NCBI GenBank assembly: GCA_951406725.2 | Contig: OX597832.1 | Location: 36,146,001-36,210,000, forward strand | DNA from: Octopus vulgaris | Lineage: Eukaryota | Direction of reading: 5' to 3' | Length of the DNA: 64,000 bases | Part shown: positions 39,006-51,130 of the stretch, piece after piece | Layout: each line of letters begins with the position of its first letter | Numbering within the stretch: position 1 is the stretch's first letter | The notes under the pieces: model-generated | Told to the model about the DNA's origin: nothing | Database searches by the model: none | Seen by the model: the letters and a program-made list of their open reading frames with translations, nothing else | Position numbers and translations under genes: made by a program

Positions 39006-39092
39006 CAATATATCAATGTATTTATATCACCACGATAGATTGCTAGCCACTAAACCTTTTTCTATTTTCTCTCCCTGTTTATTTCTGTGTTC

Positions 39093-39128
39093 CTTTCTGT
39101 CGAAGAGTTTTGGCTCGAAACGTAAAAG
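39093..39128 (+). ncRNA. Minimal hammerhead-like motif in a Penelope-type terminal repeat (~39020-39220)
   Basis: cttt-CTGTCGA-a-gag-ttttgg-ctc-GAAA-cGTA-aaag; A6 to U variant, stem III reduced to an ACGT palindrome. Confidence 0.45.
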
Positions 39129-39339
39129 ACTTTCTCACTTCCCGAGCGTTAAACTAATACATCTGTTTGTTGTTTATACACCTGTCTTCATCTTTTATTT
39201 TTTTGTAAATTCTCACTATATATATGTGTGTGTGTGTGCATATATATATGTATGTGTATGTATTTGTAAACGTATGTATGTATATATATATATATATATA
39301 TAATATATATATATAATACATGTGTGTGTATGTATATAA

Positions 39340-39370
<31 letters not shown>

Positions 39371-39665
39371 CATATACATATATATATACATATATATCTA
39401 CATATATATAAATAAATATTAATATATGTGTGTGTATATATATATACATGTGTTTATATATATGTATGTACATATATATACACATATATATATATATATA
39501 TATATATAAAACACACACATGTATATATACTTCCATATGCATATATATATATACTTGTATACACATATATATATATATACATATATATAAATATATATAT
39601 ACACAAATCTATATATATATATGTATATATATATATATAGATAATATATATATACACACACACAG

Positions 39666-39732
<67 letters not shown>

Positions 39733-40282
39733 CAGGTAGATGAATGTGTGTATGCATGAGGAAAGTAGAATGAAGAATAATGCATGCTGGGAAGTTAGGT
39801 ACTGAAAATTGGTTTGTGCGTCAATAATACTGCGGTATATTTTTGTAGCATTGTAATGACATTAGTTCACATGATTAGATAAAACCAGTGATGTCTCATC
39901 TCCAGGTAAGATAGATCTTGCAGCCTCACATATTAGACACCACTCAATTTAAGCCCCTCAGGTAGAAGTGGGAGAAATTGTTTGATGTGTCTATGTATAT
40001 TTTTACACACACATGCATTTATGCATAAACATACATGCATGCACACACACACACATCTCTCCCTTTACATCTGTATGCATGTGTGTGTTTATATATGTAT
40101 GTGAGTATGTATACACACACATATATAATTACACACACACACACACACACACATATACATGGTGACATACCTAATTGCGCACTCAGAACGCATACCTATT
40201 AGTTTGAGTCATCTTGACCTAAACTCCTCATAAGTGCCAACACACAAAACTCTCGGACCTTGAGTCACTCTGTTTCTTCTAC

Positions 40283-40675
40283 TGGCTGTGTGGTAAGTAG
40301 CTTGTTTACCAACCACATGGTTCTGGGTTCAGTCCCACTGCGTGGCACCTTGGGCAAGTGTCTTCTACTATAGCCTCGGGCCGACCAAAGCCTTGTGAGT
40401 GGATTTGGTAGACGGAAACTGAAAGAAGCCTGTCGTATATATGTATATATGTGTGTGTGTTTGTGTGTGTGTTTGTCCCCCTAGCATTGCTTGACAACCG
40501 ATGCTGGTGTGTCTATGTCCCCGTTACTTAGCGGTTCGGCAAAAGAGACCGATAGAATAAGTACTGGGCTTACAAAAGTATAAGTCTCGGGGTCGAGTTG
40601 CTCAATTAAAGGCGGTGCTCCAGCATGGCCGCAGTCAAATGACTGAAACAAGTAAAAGCGTAAAAGCATAAAAGC
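40283..40675 (+). mobile_element. SINE family A, young copy
   Basis: CpG-rich, close to consensus; (gtaaaagc)n tail. Confidence 0.92.
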
Positions 40676-40676
40676 G

Positions 40677-40721
<45 letters not shown>

Positions 40722-40736
40722 GTGTGTGTGTGTACA

Positions 40737-41250
40737 TCATCATCAACATCATCGTTTAACGTCCGCTATTCATGGGTTGGACGAATGACTGAGGGCTGGC
40801 AAACCAGATGGCTGCACCAGGCTTCAATCTTGATCTGGCAGAGTTTCTGCAGCTGGATGCCCTTCCTAACGCCAACCACTCCGAGAGTGTAGTAGGTGCT
40901 TTTTACATGCCACCGGCACAGGGGCCAGTCAGGCAGTACTGGCAATGACCTCACTCGAATCTTTTACACATGCCACCAGCACAGGTGCCAGTAAGGCGAC
41001 GCTGGTAACAATCACGCTCGAATGGTGTCGTTTACATGCCACTGGCATGGAGGCCAGATAGCCGCTCTGTGAATGATCATACTCAGATGGTGCCTTTTAA
41101 GTGCCACTGGCATGGAAGCCAGTTAGCCACTCTATCAATGATCACACTCGTATGGTGTTCTTCGCACCCTGCTAGCACAGACGCCAGTCATCAAATTTTA
41201 TTTTGATTTTGATTTGACTTCACTTGCCTCAACAGGTCATTGCAAGCAGA
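40737..41250 (-). mobile_element. Family C retroposon with diverged ~66-bp internal units
   Basis: (cat)n-tttaacgtccgc..ctggatgcccttcctaacgccaaccactccg. Confidence 0.85.
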
Positions 41251-41419
41251 GTTTATATATATATATATATATATATACAAACACACTCATATATAGAAAT
41301 AAATATATATATATATATGCACATGTATACACATATATTACATTATTTACATACACATAAACTTAGTGTTTTATTTTTTCTTAATACTGGTGTCCATATT
41401 ACTTCATATTTGTACTAGG

Positions 41420-41705
41420 TGATTCAAGACAAACTAGTGATGGATACCGCTCTAAAAGAATGCACTAGTATGCCAATAGAAAACTTGATGGAACTGTTGA
41501 CTTTCTGCATAGTAACTACCTACTTCAGAGTAGGTACTGATATATATCAACAAAAATAAGGTTTAGCTATGGGTTGTTCATTATCACTGGTAATAGCCAA
41601 TATATACAAAGAATACTTTGAGAATTTGGCTTTAGGATCAACACCAATAAAGCCAACCCTATGGCTTCGACATGTTGACAACACCTTCATTCACTGACCC
41701 CACCA
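41420..41705 (+). mobile_element. Penelope-type reverse transcriptase remnant
   Basis: LLTFCIVTTYF..YQQK*GLAMGCSLSLVIANIYKEYFE..KPTLWLRHVDNTF. Confidence 0.9.
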
Positions 41706-42084
41706 GAGTGTATAGAGGTGACCTAGCACTACCCATGTGACAAGAGTTAAATATGGGCAGAGAGGAATGAGACAGGAAGAGAGGAGAGAAGGACGAGGAT
41801 CTGCAGAAGCTGAGACAAGGGGAATATTGCAGGTTAAAAAAGGAGTGGGATGTCTTTTATGGGGCAGTGTGAGAGGACAAGGGTGTTGAGATGGTGAAGA
41901 AACTACAAGAAGCGAATGGTGAGAGAGAGAAAGGCTGAGATGGCCGAGAATGGGAGGAATGCTGCAAGAGCAGGGAGAGAAAAATGAGGCTGAAGAGAAC
42001 CATAGAGGTGGAAGGACAACAGAGGAAGAATGCAGTAAAATTATCCTAAGAGGTAGGGAGGATGTGACGCATCAAGAGCACCCC

Positions 42085-42330
42085 TCTCACCTCTCTGCCA
42101 TGCTTGCCTGAAAGGACAGGTTTGCCATACTTGCTTGAAAGGGCCAGGCATGTCACCAATCATCACGGGCCTTTGCCATATTTTTTTGTAAGGTTCAATA
42201 CCTTTTTACCACTTCGTCCCATATCTTCTTCGGTCTTCCACTTCCACAGCTCAATCAACTCTGAACACTCAACACATCTTCATGCAGCAGCAGAAACTGC
42301 AGTAAATTGTCTTAATGGATGCAGCAGAAA
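42085..42330 (-). mobile_element. RTE-clade LINE 3' end
   Basis: CGSGRPKKIWDEVVK..RDDW. Confidence 0.7.
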
Positions 42331-43195
42331 ATAAATCTCACTAAAGAACCTATTTCGGCAATGAAATACGGAATAAGTAGTGAAGTACACCTCACTCTGA
42401 TGCCTGTTATGAGTTATGAGAACCAAGCCTTCACAAGCTAATTATATGTGCCAAAAACGAAGCACAGATCCAGTTTTGAAATATGGATGGTTAAAGCTGG
42501 TTTCCTAACAATTCAGCTCATTATGAGTGTGAGATGAATATAGAACACCCTCGGTGAAGTTCTAATCACTGAAATCAATATTTACTTTCAGCTAATGTGA
42601 TATAAAATCTCAGTGTTGGTGTGTGATGATGTGGAATGAATAGATAAATTGGACACAGCAAATCATGTGGTATTATGTGGAAGATATATTGGATTGATCC
42701 ACAGTTGGCATAGATTCATACACATGATTAATCCATAAATAGTAAGGATTTATTGTCACAATTGATCTCTAAACAGTAGGAATTTCATGCACGCACTGAA
42801 ATTTTTGTGTTGGATGGATTCAGTAATATTTCATATGAAGAAATATGACAATTCTGTAAATAGAAGAAGAAATTCATAATTATGACAAATCCATAATGAA
42901 GATTGATCCACAAATCATAGTATTTTTATGAGTAGTGGGATAGTAATAAATCCATGGATTAGAATGGCAACAATACATCAGTTTTATGTATTATTGGTTT
43001 ATTATTTCAAGCCAGGTAAACAGATATGTGATCCATATACACACAATCCTTTATGTGTGTGTACCATTATATATTTGTTTTTCCCCCACAAAATTGGGTA
43101 AAATACTTCTGGAATATATTTTAGTATTTGAACAAATTATTACAAGAACTATTTTCTGTCTATATTTGCAATAATTCAGTGAAAGAGGATATAAT

Positions 43196-43490
43196 CTACA
43201 AAAGTAAGCAGAAATTAAACAGAAATAAATAAAGGGAGATCACCATCATCATCATCATCATCAACCTCCTCATCCTCATCCTCTTCATCATCACCATTCT
43301 CATCCACATCTGCTGACAATGGTGCTCTTTCCTGGGACTCCTCTTCCACTTCTTCCGAAGGTGCAACCGCAGTAGTAGCATTGTGATAGGAAGTTGCTTC
43401 CGCTGCTTCTTTTTCCGTTCAAATAGCATCTTGTAGGGATTCATGACTTCGTTGACCTTGTTGCAAAATTGCACAGAACGAACCAAATCA
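43196..43490 (-). mobile_element. Tigger/pogo transposase C-terminal remnant
   Basis: RSVQFCNKVNEVMNPYKMLFERKKKQRKQLPITM followed by an acidic low-complexity tail. Confidence 0.75.
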
Positions 43491-43624
43491 TTTATACTTC
43501 CAGGAAAAAGCTTGCAGAAGTAGAAAACTGAAGAATACAGTTTGGACTAAATTTGACAGTTTGCAGGAAAGGAAAAAAACCCACAATATTCCATCCAAAA
43601 ATAAAAATATTCAAAATCAATAAA

Positions 43625-44080
43625 AACTAGTAACTAAATTATGGCTGGGAGATAACAGTTTTTACTCCAAGTAGCTGCCATTAGCTTCCACATGACCTCA
43701 AGACAGCTCTAGCACCTGGCACATGCATTTTTCAGTGTGTCCCTAATAAGATCTTTGAATGCCTCCTTGATCTTGGGCACCAGTTTGGCCTTGGTGTCGA
43801 AGACAAAAGCAATTGATCTTTCTCCACCATGCTCTACACACAGTAATCCATGAGATTAGAATCAAGGGAATTACAAGGCCAGAAATTGGGGCCAGTGAAG
43901 TGAAAGAAATTCTCCAACAATCACTTCTGACTCTTTCCAGAGGAATGGCAAGGAGTCATTTCCAGCAGCAAGTTTCTGCAGCCAAAGATTGACCACAGTC
44001 TCCAGAGGCTTCACAGAGCCTTCTGAATTGAAACTTGGACCCTGTACAAATATGTGGGGATGAATTCCAGCATGAAGACC
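43625..44080 (-). mobile_element. Tc1/maT-like transposase remnant
   Basis: SQK*LLENFFHFTGPNFWPCNSLDSNLMDY matches WPPNSPDLNPLDY. Confidence 0.85.
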
Positions 44081-44525
44081 TAGACTACCTGCTGTGTCCC
44101 TTGCAGCCGATCACAGCTTCATAGTCTCAGCTGGAGCTGTCCAAGTCATGTCCAACAGCTTTTGCAGTGTTCCCAGAACATTGACCAGCAGTCGGGATTT
44201 TAGCATTTTGACACCCAATGCAGATCATCCTGATACAAATTACTTTTTTCCTAATATTCAGATGGTTTCCAGTCCTTTGTGTCGGTTAACTCTTTCTCAG
44301 TTACAACTTTAATCTTTATGCATTCCAATTCCATTGTCTATTCCTGTTCCTGATAAAAATTGCCAAATTTAGCCCAAATCCTGTGTACATAGGCAGAAGT
44401 AATAAAAGTATGTCATCAGATGCTGAATAGCAAGAAGAAACTGCAACAAGTGGCAAGATGCTGGAGAAGTCTCAGCCAACCCATGCAACCATGGATAAAT
44501 GGAGGTAAAAATGATGATGGGAATA

Positions 44526-44564
<39 letters not shown>

Positions 44565-45530
44565 GAATCTTCACAAATTTTCAACAAACGCAGAAGAAAA
44601 TGAAGAAATATGTTAGGAAAAAGAATTAGCGAGGATGAAGTACAAATATGTAATAAATTTCTGCTGACAGACGCTGGCTGTCGGTAATCTTGGTTCCAAT
44701 GATAAACATGTAAGTTTTGACAAGCTCCTTCATTACGATTCTATCAATGTTTTACAATGTTAACCAGCAGCACAACATCTTGCTCGCTTGGAGACACCAA
44801 CCTTGTTGCAAAGACACAACATTAATTCTATGGGATTCTATCTCAACTTTTCTTTTCTTTTCTTGCTTCAGCATCAACATCATGATTAGCTACTTCTCCT
44901 CCTCCTCCTTCTTCTTTTTCTTCCTCCTCTCCTCCTCTTTCCCTTCCTCCATCCTCCTTCCTCCTTCCTCCTTCTCCTCCTCCTTCTCCTCTTCTTCCTC
45001 CTCCTCCTCCTCCTCCTCCTCCTCCTCCTCCAACTCCTCACTATTTATTTGCTTCTTTATATATTGTTCTTTCTGATCTGGTCCATCATATATTTCCAAT
45101 CTCTTCAAATTATGCAGGATTGTTTGAAGACTAAAAATGTAAAGTCTTATCTCTCCACCCCTTCATTATCTCTCTCTCTCTCTCACTTTCTCTCCCCTTC
45201 CCTCTCTCTCTCTCTGTCTCACCCCCCCCCCACCTCTCTCAATTGGATACTTGGCAAATTGATGATGGAACCATCTAAAGACGCACCCACTTCATGCCAG
45301 AATGGAATGGAATTTAGCAACAAAAATACTGGTTTGAGGAGAATGATGGTAGTGTGGTGGTACTAGTGGTGGTTATTGTAGTACTGTAGTAGTAGTAGTA
45401 GTAGTATTGGTGACAGGATGAGGATTATGGTGATGTAATAGTAACTGTACTGGTTGTAGTAGCAGAATTAATAATGATGCTGTTATTGGTTATGGAAGAG
45501 TGACATCAAAAGTAACAATGATGGTGATGG

Positions 45531-45566
<36 letters not shown>

Positions 45567-46031
45567 CAGTATTGTTGTTGCTGTTGTTGTTGTTGTTGTT
45601 TTCTAAATCCATTAGAGCAGTGGGTTGGCTGAATCGTTAGAGAAGATTCAGACAAAATACCCAACAGAATTTTCTTCTTCTTCTTCTTCCAGCTCTCCAC
45701 ATTCTGAGTTCAGATCTGGCCAGAGTCAGTTTTGTCTCTCTTCCCACCAGGATAAATAAAGTAATAACCAAATACAACTGGACTCAATGGTATTGACTAA
45801 TGACACCCCACCCCATGTCTCAAAATTACTGACCCTGTTTCTAAATTAAAAAAACATTCATCAGTTATGCTAATTAAGACAGTATTGCATCTAACTAGTG
45901 ATATCAGTTGTATCTGGGGAGAGTCAACTAAAGGTGGTGCTCCAGCATGGCCACAGTCAAATGACTGAAACAAGTAAAAGAGTAAAAAAGAGTAAAAGAG
46001 TATAAAAGAGTATATATCCATCCATACACAC

Positions 46032-46231
46032 ACGCGGGGGTGTTGAAAAGTTCCTGGCTTTGGATAAAAGAAAATAGAGGAGGATCAGTTAATTCTGATT
46101 TTATTCAACAGATTCCCCCAACAGATTCACACACTTATTGCAGTGGCCCTTCAGGTTTTCTAAACTGTAAAAGAACTTGGAAAGGCCTTTTGTGATACTC
46201 TTAAAGTCAGGAACTTTTCAGCAACCCTTCA
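46032..46231. mobile_element. mariner-like MITE, about 200 bp
   Basis: TIRs gggggtgttgaaaagttcctggcttt / aaagtcaggaacttttcagcaaccc. Confidence 0.85.
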
Positions 46232-46318
46232 TAAGTGTGTGGTGTGCATGTGTGTGAATGTGTGTGTGTGGACATGTGCATGAAATAAACATAGAACAGA
46301 ATCACCTTAAATATATAT

Positions 46319-46380
<62 letters not shown>

Positions 46381-46418
46381 GCTTAATATTACAAACAGAT
46401 ATCAACTCCCTAAGAAAG

Positions 46419-46456
<38 letters not shown>

Positions 46457-47634
46457 ATATTCTAAAGAATGCCTCACAGAAATATGATCAGTTCATAAAG
46501 TATTTGAACGCTCTAATCCTATTTCACCATTCTTTTTTTCATTTTTTTTATGCTCCACTTTTTTCTCTTTTTATTTTTATTTTTTAAATCAATTAAATTA
46601 ATTAAAAGATGCTTTGTACAACATTTATCTTCAAAAAAAACTTGACTATGTTATTCAATCTCCTTAATCCTGAAAACTACCAAATTCCAATCTAATTTTA
46701 CCGTATTCTGTTGTCTTTTTCTCTTTGTTTAAAAGCTTTTTATTTTTAAACCACTCCTTTTAGCAGAATATAAAGAACTTTAATTAATTATCATTGTTTG
46801 TTTGTTTGTTTCTCACATTATAGTTTTATTTTTGTTTTGTTTGTTTTTTTTCAATTTTTATTTTTATTTCTTTGTTTTTGTCCTCTGAACTGAAACCAAA
46901 TCAAAGCAGAATTGACTTTATATTAAGTTTATAATTTTGGAATTAATGAATATTTAAATGGTCAAATAAGCTTCTGTTCTGCTATTTTTGGTTCATTTGA
47001 TAAAACAACAGTTGATGCAGCGTCTGACATTACAGATCAACACCACCGTTTCTATGACCACTCGGTTAAAAAATATACCAAAATTAAAGATATTTAACAG
47101 AAGTTAGACAACAAATGTATTAACGTATTTATGGAATAAACCTCATTAAAGAGAAAATCCAGAAATGTTCCAGGAATAAAAAGAAAAAAAAGAAAAAGAA
47201 ACGATGGCAACAAAATAACAAACAAGTGTACGAGGTAATTAATTTTATTCTGTAAGGAAAATCAAGAGGAAAGCTCAAAGATTTAAGCACTTGTTTTTGG
47301 TCAGGAAACATTAAAGAGAGGGGGGGGGGATGATGAAAGAAGAGAATAAAAGAAACGTTGTTTAAACGCAACCAAGAATCGGTGTATCTTTGACTGGAAT
47401 GAAGTACTTGACATTCTTAATCTTGTTTATTTGTAATTTCTTACAAGACAAACATGTGTTAACAAGCATACGTATTAAAACACATACACCTAGCTTCATA
47501 TATACACACACATATACACATATATGTATGTGTGTGTGTTAATGTGTGTGCATATATGAGTGTACATACACACACACACTTATGCGTAGCCATAATAAGA
47601 TATAAGATTAATGGTGATCATAGTGATACACAAA

Positions 47635-47687
47635 GGCCGTGACTCCAAGTTTCATGCAAGGCAGAGGCTTACCCTCTTCAGATGAGC
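47635..47687 (-). ncRNA. Degenerate type I hammerhead motif
   Basis: cat-CTGAAGA-gggtaag..cttgcat-GAAA-ct-tgg-ag-TC-acg; core intact, stem I imperfect. Confidence 0.45.
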
Positions 47688-49179
47688 ACATTACAGATGT
47701 AAGCCAAACAGCACCTCATAATATACTTCATAATATACCCAGTATAGAGGACTGCTTTGCCAGGAACTCAGGGTCATGACCATTGTTTGTTAAGTATAAT
47801 TGTCATTACACTACATTAATCATTCTTACTACATACAGATGAATATAAATGAATGCTCTTGTTTTTTGACGAAGAGCCACAACTTATCAGATATGAATGC
47901 ACGGATCTGAGTGAGTGTATGTATGCGTATATGCATGTTATTTTCCCTCAGTTCTGTTGATCCTCCTGTCTCTTGATGCCTTATTCTGTGGTATTTTGCT
48001 TTGACCTTCTTTTAAAACAGGGATCAGAAATTCAGAATACGGGAGCAGATGACAAAAATGATAGATCAGCTAATTATTATAGAATCTCAAATGAAAAATA
48101 CAGTACAACAAAATATGCCCAGCAAGTTACACATGCAGAAAATGTTTCCACTACAAAAATAACATGTGTGTGAGTGTGCATGTGCACATGTGCACATCTG
48201 AGTGTATGTGTGTGTGACAGAGAGAATGAGAGAGAGAGAGAGAATGAGAGAGAGAAAATGTCTATTCTCCAAATTCTTTCCTTCCACAATACTTGAGAGA
48301 TTTTTGTGATATGGGTTCATTGTTTGCAGCATAAATCATGTCAGTCCATAAATTGAGTGTACCAGCTGCTTGACACTTCAAATTTTATGTGTGTCAGTTT
48401 GTTAATGATTAGAAAAGTTTAAAGACTAATAGTTTCCCGTGTAACAATATAATCATTGGAACCCAATTCGAAAGTCTCCTCTTCAACCTGGTTGCCATGC
48501 CATCGTATGGTACCAACACAGTTCTGTGCTTTATGATAGTGCACAATGAACATTTGTGAGTTTGTCTTCTTTTGATCTGCAGTTATTCGTTCCCCCACCC
48601 CTCGTCTCTAATGGCAGTCTGCTACTTGACTGCACAGTTTGAGTTATGTTTCAATGCCGTCAATGAAATACAAACAGAAATTGCCATCAAATCATTATTT
48701 TCAGCTTGGATTTCTCATCATAGAGGTTTCTCTTTCTCTTCTGCAATGGGATACTGCGATGGATGCACAGTTTCTAGGCTAATGAACAACAACAGTTATA
48801 TTTTTATTGACTAATGATCAATGCAAACTTAAAGTATAAAGACTAATTACATTAACTTTTTATTGCATCTCAATTGTCATTCTTCATATTAAATGTTCCC
48901 ATCGGCCGATGACGGCAAACATAAGTCTAAGCACAACAGCCACATATTGATGTATGGTGAGAAGATTTTTGGCCGGGACAGAAGTTTTGAAGCCATTTTG
49001 TTTGAATGTTCAATGCTTGCAGTACTCAGTAATATCAAACGTTAGTGGGGAATGTTTGCTCAGATTATCAAATAATGAAATACAGTGGGGGGGGGGGGGT
49101 TCAAAAACTTGTGAGAAACAAAAGTAGCTGATTAAAACATTCATATATCCATTTTTTTCCTTTAATATTTCATTTTCCA

Positions 49180-49390
49180 AGGCAGCCAGCAAAGCACATA
49201 TATTTACCACACCAGACGAAATGCTTAGCAGCATTTTTGCCCGTTTCTGTGAGTAGATTCCACCGAGTTCAGCTGTGCCTTTCATCCTTTTCAGGCTGAT
49301 GAAATAAGTACCGTTTGAGCACTGGGGTTGATATAATCAACAAAGCACCCCCACCAAAGTTTCAGGCCTTGTGCCTGTTGTGGAAAGGAA
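49180..49390 (+). mobile_element. Diverged SINE family B (inverted relative at ~49530-49745)
   Basis: gaaatgcttagcagc..gcctttcatccttttc..aagtacc..actggggttgat. Confidence 0.75.
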
Positions 49391-50679
49391 TATTTTATCT
49401 TTCTTTTAATAACAGGTCTGGGAATGAAAGAAAAACTGTATATCTGGAAAGAGTAGTTTTGCTTGAAAACAAATGGATGTCATTAACTGCAACATCATCG
49501 TTATCATCATTTACTACATTCCTTAATGCATTGATTTCACATTTTAGCACAACGCCAGCAATTTTGAGAGTAGTAGGTAAGTCGATTACATCAGCCTCAA
49601 TACCAAATTGCCACTTTTTTTATTGACCCAAAACGATAAAATGCAAAGTCAACCTCAGTAGAAATTGAACTCATATTTGAAATTGGACAAAATCCCACTA
49701 AGCATTTTTGCCAAGTCTGCTAATGATTCTGCCAGCCGGCCACTTTGCTACATTCATTAATGTATAAAACACATATCTAAAAGCGTTTTATTTTATTACT
49801 AAACTACCCTGCAGAATATATCTAAAGATTTTTAGTCAATATTGTGTCTATAGACAGAGGTAAATGCTTCATCTTGGTATATTCATCATGAATGTATATT
49901 CTCTTTGTGTTAGCAGAACCACTGCTTACAAAATCTTCTGTTACTTAGGACCTGATGAAATCTGACCACAAGGATTGGAACCAGATTGGTCCCTGTGTTT
50001 AACACCACCACCTGGTCCTTGTGGCAAAAAGCTAAAAGTTGTCCATTTTAATTAATTAACATGTCCTCATTTTATACAACGAGGCAACTATGATAACGAC
50101 CCACTTTACCATTATAAATATGTATGTTAACATATTTGCATTAGACCATCAAAATATCTCATGCTTTTCTCATGGGAAGATAGAAGATGGTAATGGTGAT
50201 GGTGATGGTGGTGATATGGCTGTTGTGGTGGTGGTGAGGAGAAGAAGAAGGATACAAACATTTTTACAGAATATATCTCCTGATAATTTACTAAAGTCAG
50301 TTTCCAAAAATAGAAGAAAAAATAGAATTCTTGCAAAGGTTGAGCAGTCTAAGTGATGTTTCGATAAATTATTGACTACTTGCTCCATTGGACAAACACC
50401 ATTCTTCGTTTCCTCACAAATCATGAAGTCTGCTTAAAACGATACGGCATCCATTTACGATCTCTTTCCTCTATATTTTTCTAATTTTTTGCTGCCAGTT
50501 CTTCAGTACAGATTAATAAAAGTAGGAAATAATATCTGTATATTAACACGCTACGGCCCAATGTGTGACACTGTCATGTGATTAGTTGAAGAGCAAGGTG
50601 GAAAAGAAAGAGAGAGTGGAGAGTAGTGAGAGCAAAGAGAAAGGGATTGCTGTTATAGTATGTTATCAAAAGTGGTGGT

Positions 50680-51130
50680 CATCATCAGGTTGGTCTTCTT
50701 CCTATTGATCCTCAACCTTGTTTCAAGGAATGCATCTGCAGTCTATTTGTCTTCTCCTGCATCTGGTTATGATTGTGCAACAAGAGGCCAAGGTCATCAG
50801 CAGAATTAAAGTCACACAGTCATTTAACTGTGTCCATGGGTTCCATTGTACCCCTTTGGTCCTTTACCTCGTAATAGTCTTCCATGATCCAGTCAATGAC
50901 CACTTACTCCTTTGCTAACTACTTCTCCTGTCACTGTCATACTAAGAAGAGGGCATCAGTGATAGTCCATCTTGCAATTCTTTCATTCACTTCCATAACC
51001 TGGTCAATCAGTCTGATAAATCTGTAGTTGCCTCTAACTATAATCTATAATTTCTCCCTTGCCCTGGTGGTTCTTGATGATACGGCTCTGCCAGTCATTG
51101 GGTAAGACATTTTGCAGTGCCACTCGATTT
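50680..51130 (-). mobile_element. RTE-clade RT remnants
   Basis: LPNDWQSRII..QGKG and WTQLND..ADDLGLL.HN..QMQEKT. Confidence 0.7.

Larger units (their letters stand above)
36400..39990 (-). pseudogene. Decayed Toll-like receptor, locus L7
   Basis: FSHFYLRG, LQDLSYLEM (39923-39897), WLDLNSRNFISLPAL (~38200), juxtamembrane KWSVYLMY (~36790), box1 EKPFDV (36737-36720), WLVLE..HGFYL, box3 FWFKL (36448-36434). Confidence 0.6.
40170..43620 (+). pseudogene. Decayed partial Toll-like receptor, locus L8
   Basis: SLSHLDLNS (40201), TM-like VLFF/LILVSILLHICTR (41360-41420), YYWF..NWVK..FCLYLQ*FSERG (42986-43190), IIYTSRKKL (~43490). Confidence 0.55.
44230..50550 (-). pseudogene. Decayed Toll-like receptor(s), locus L9, possibly multi-cysteine-cluster type
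   Basis: DEAFTS..KSLDI, LFDNLSK, LQALNIQ, EIQAENNDL, TFELGSN, internal cap SGNIFCMCNL (~48150), PQIQLISLVRCN..ITDECFFNL (~45880), LHNLKRLEI (~45100), LRRCT-like ML..WL..LTC..C (~44700), TM (~44600), TIR-like remnants to ~44230. Confidence 0.6.
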
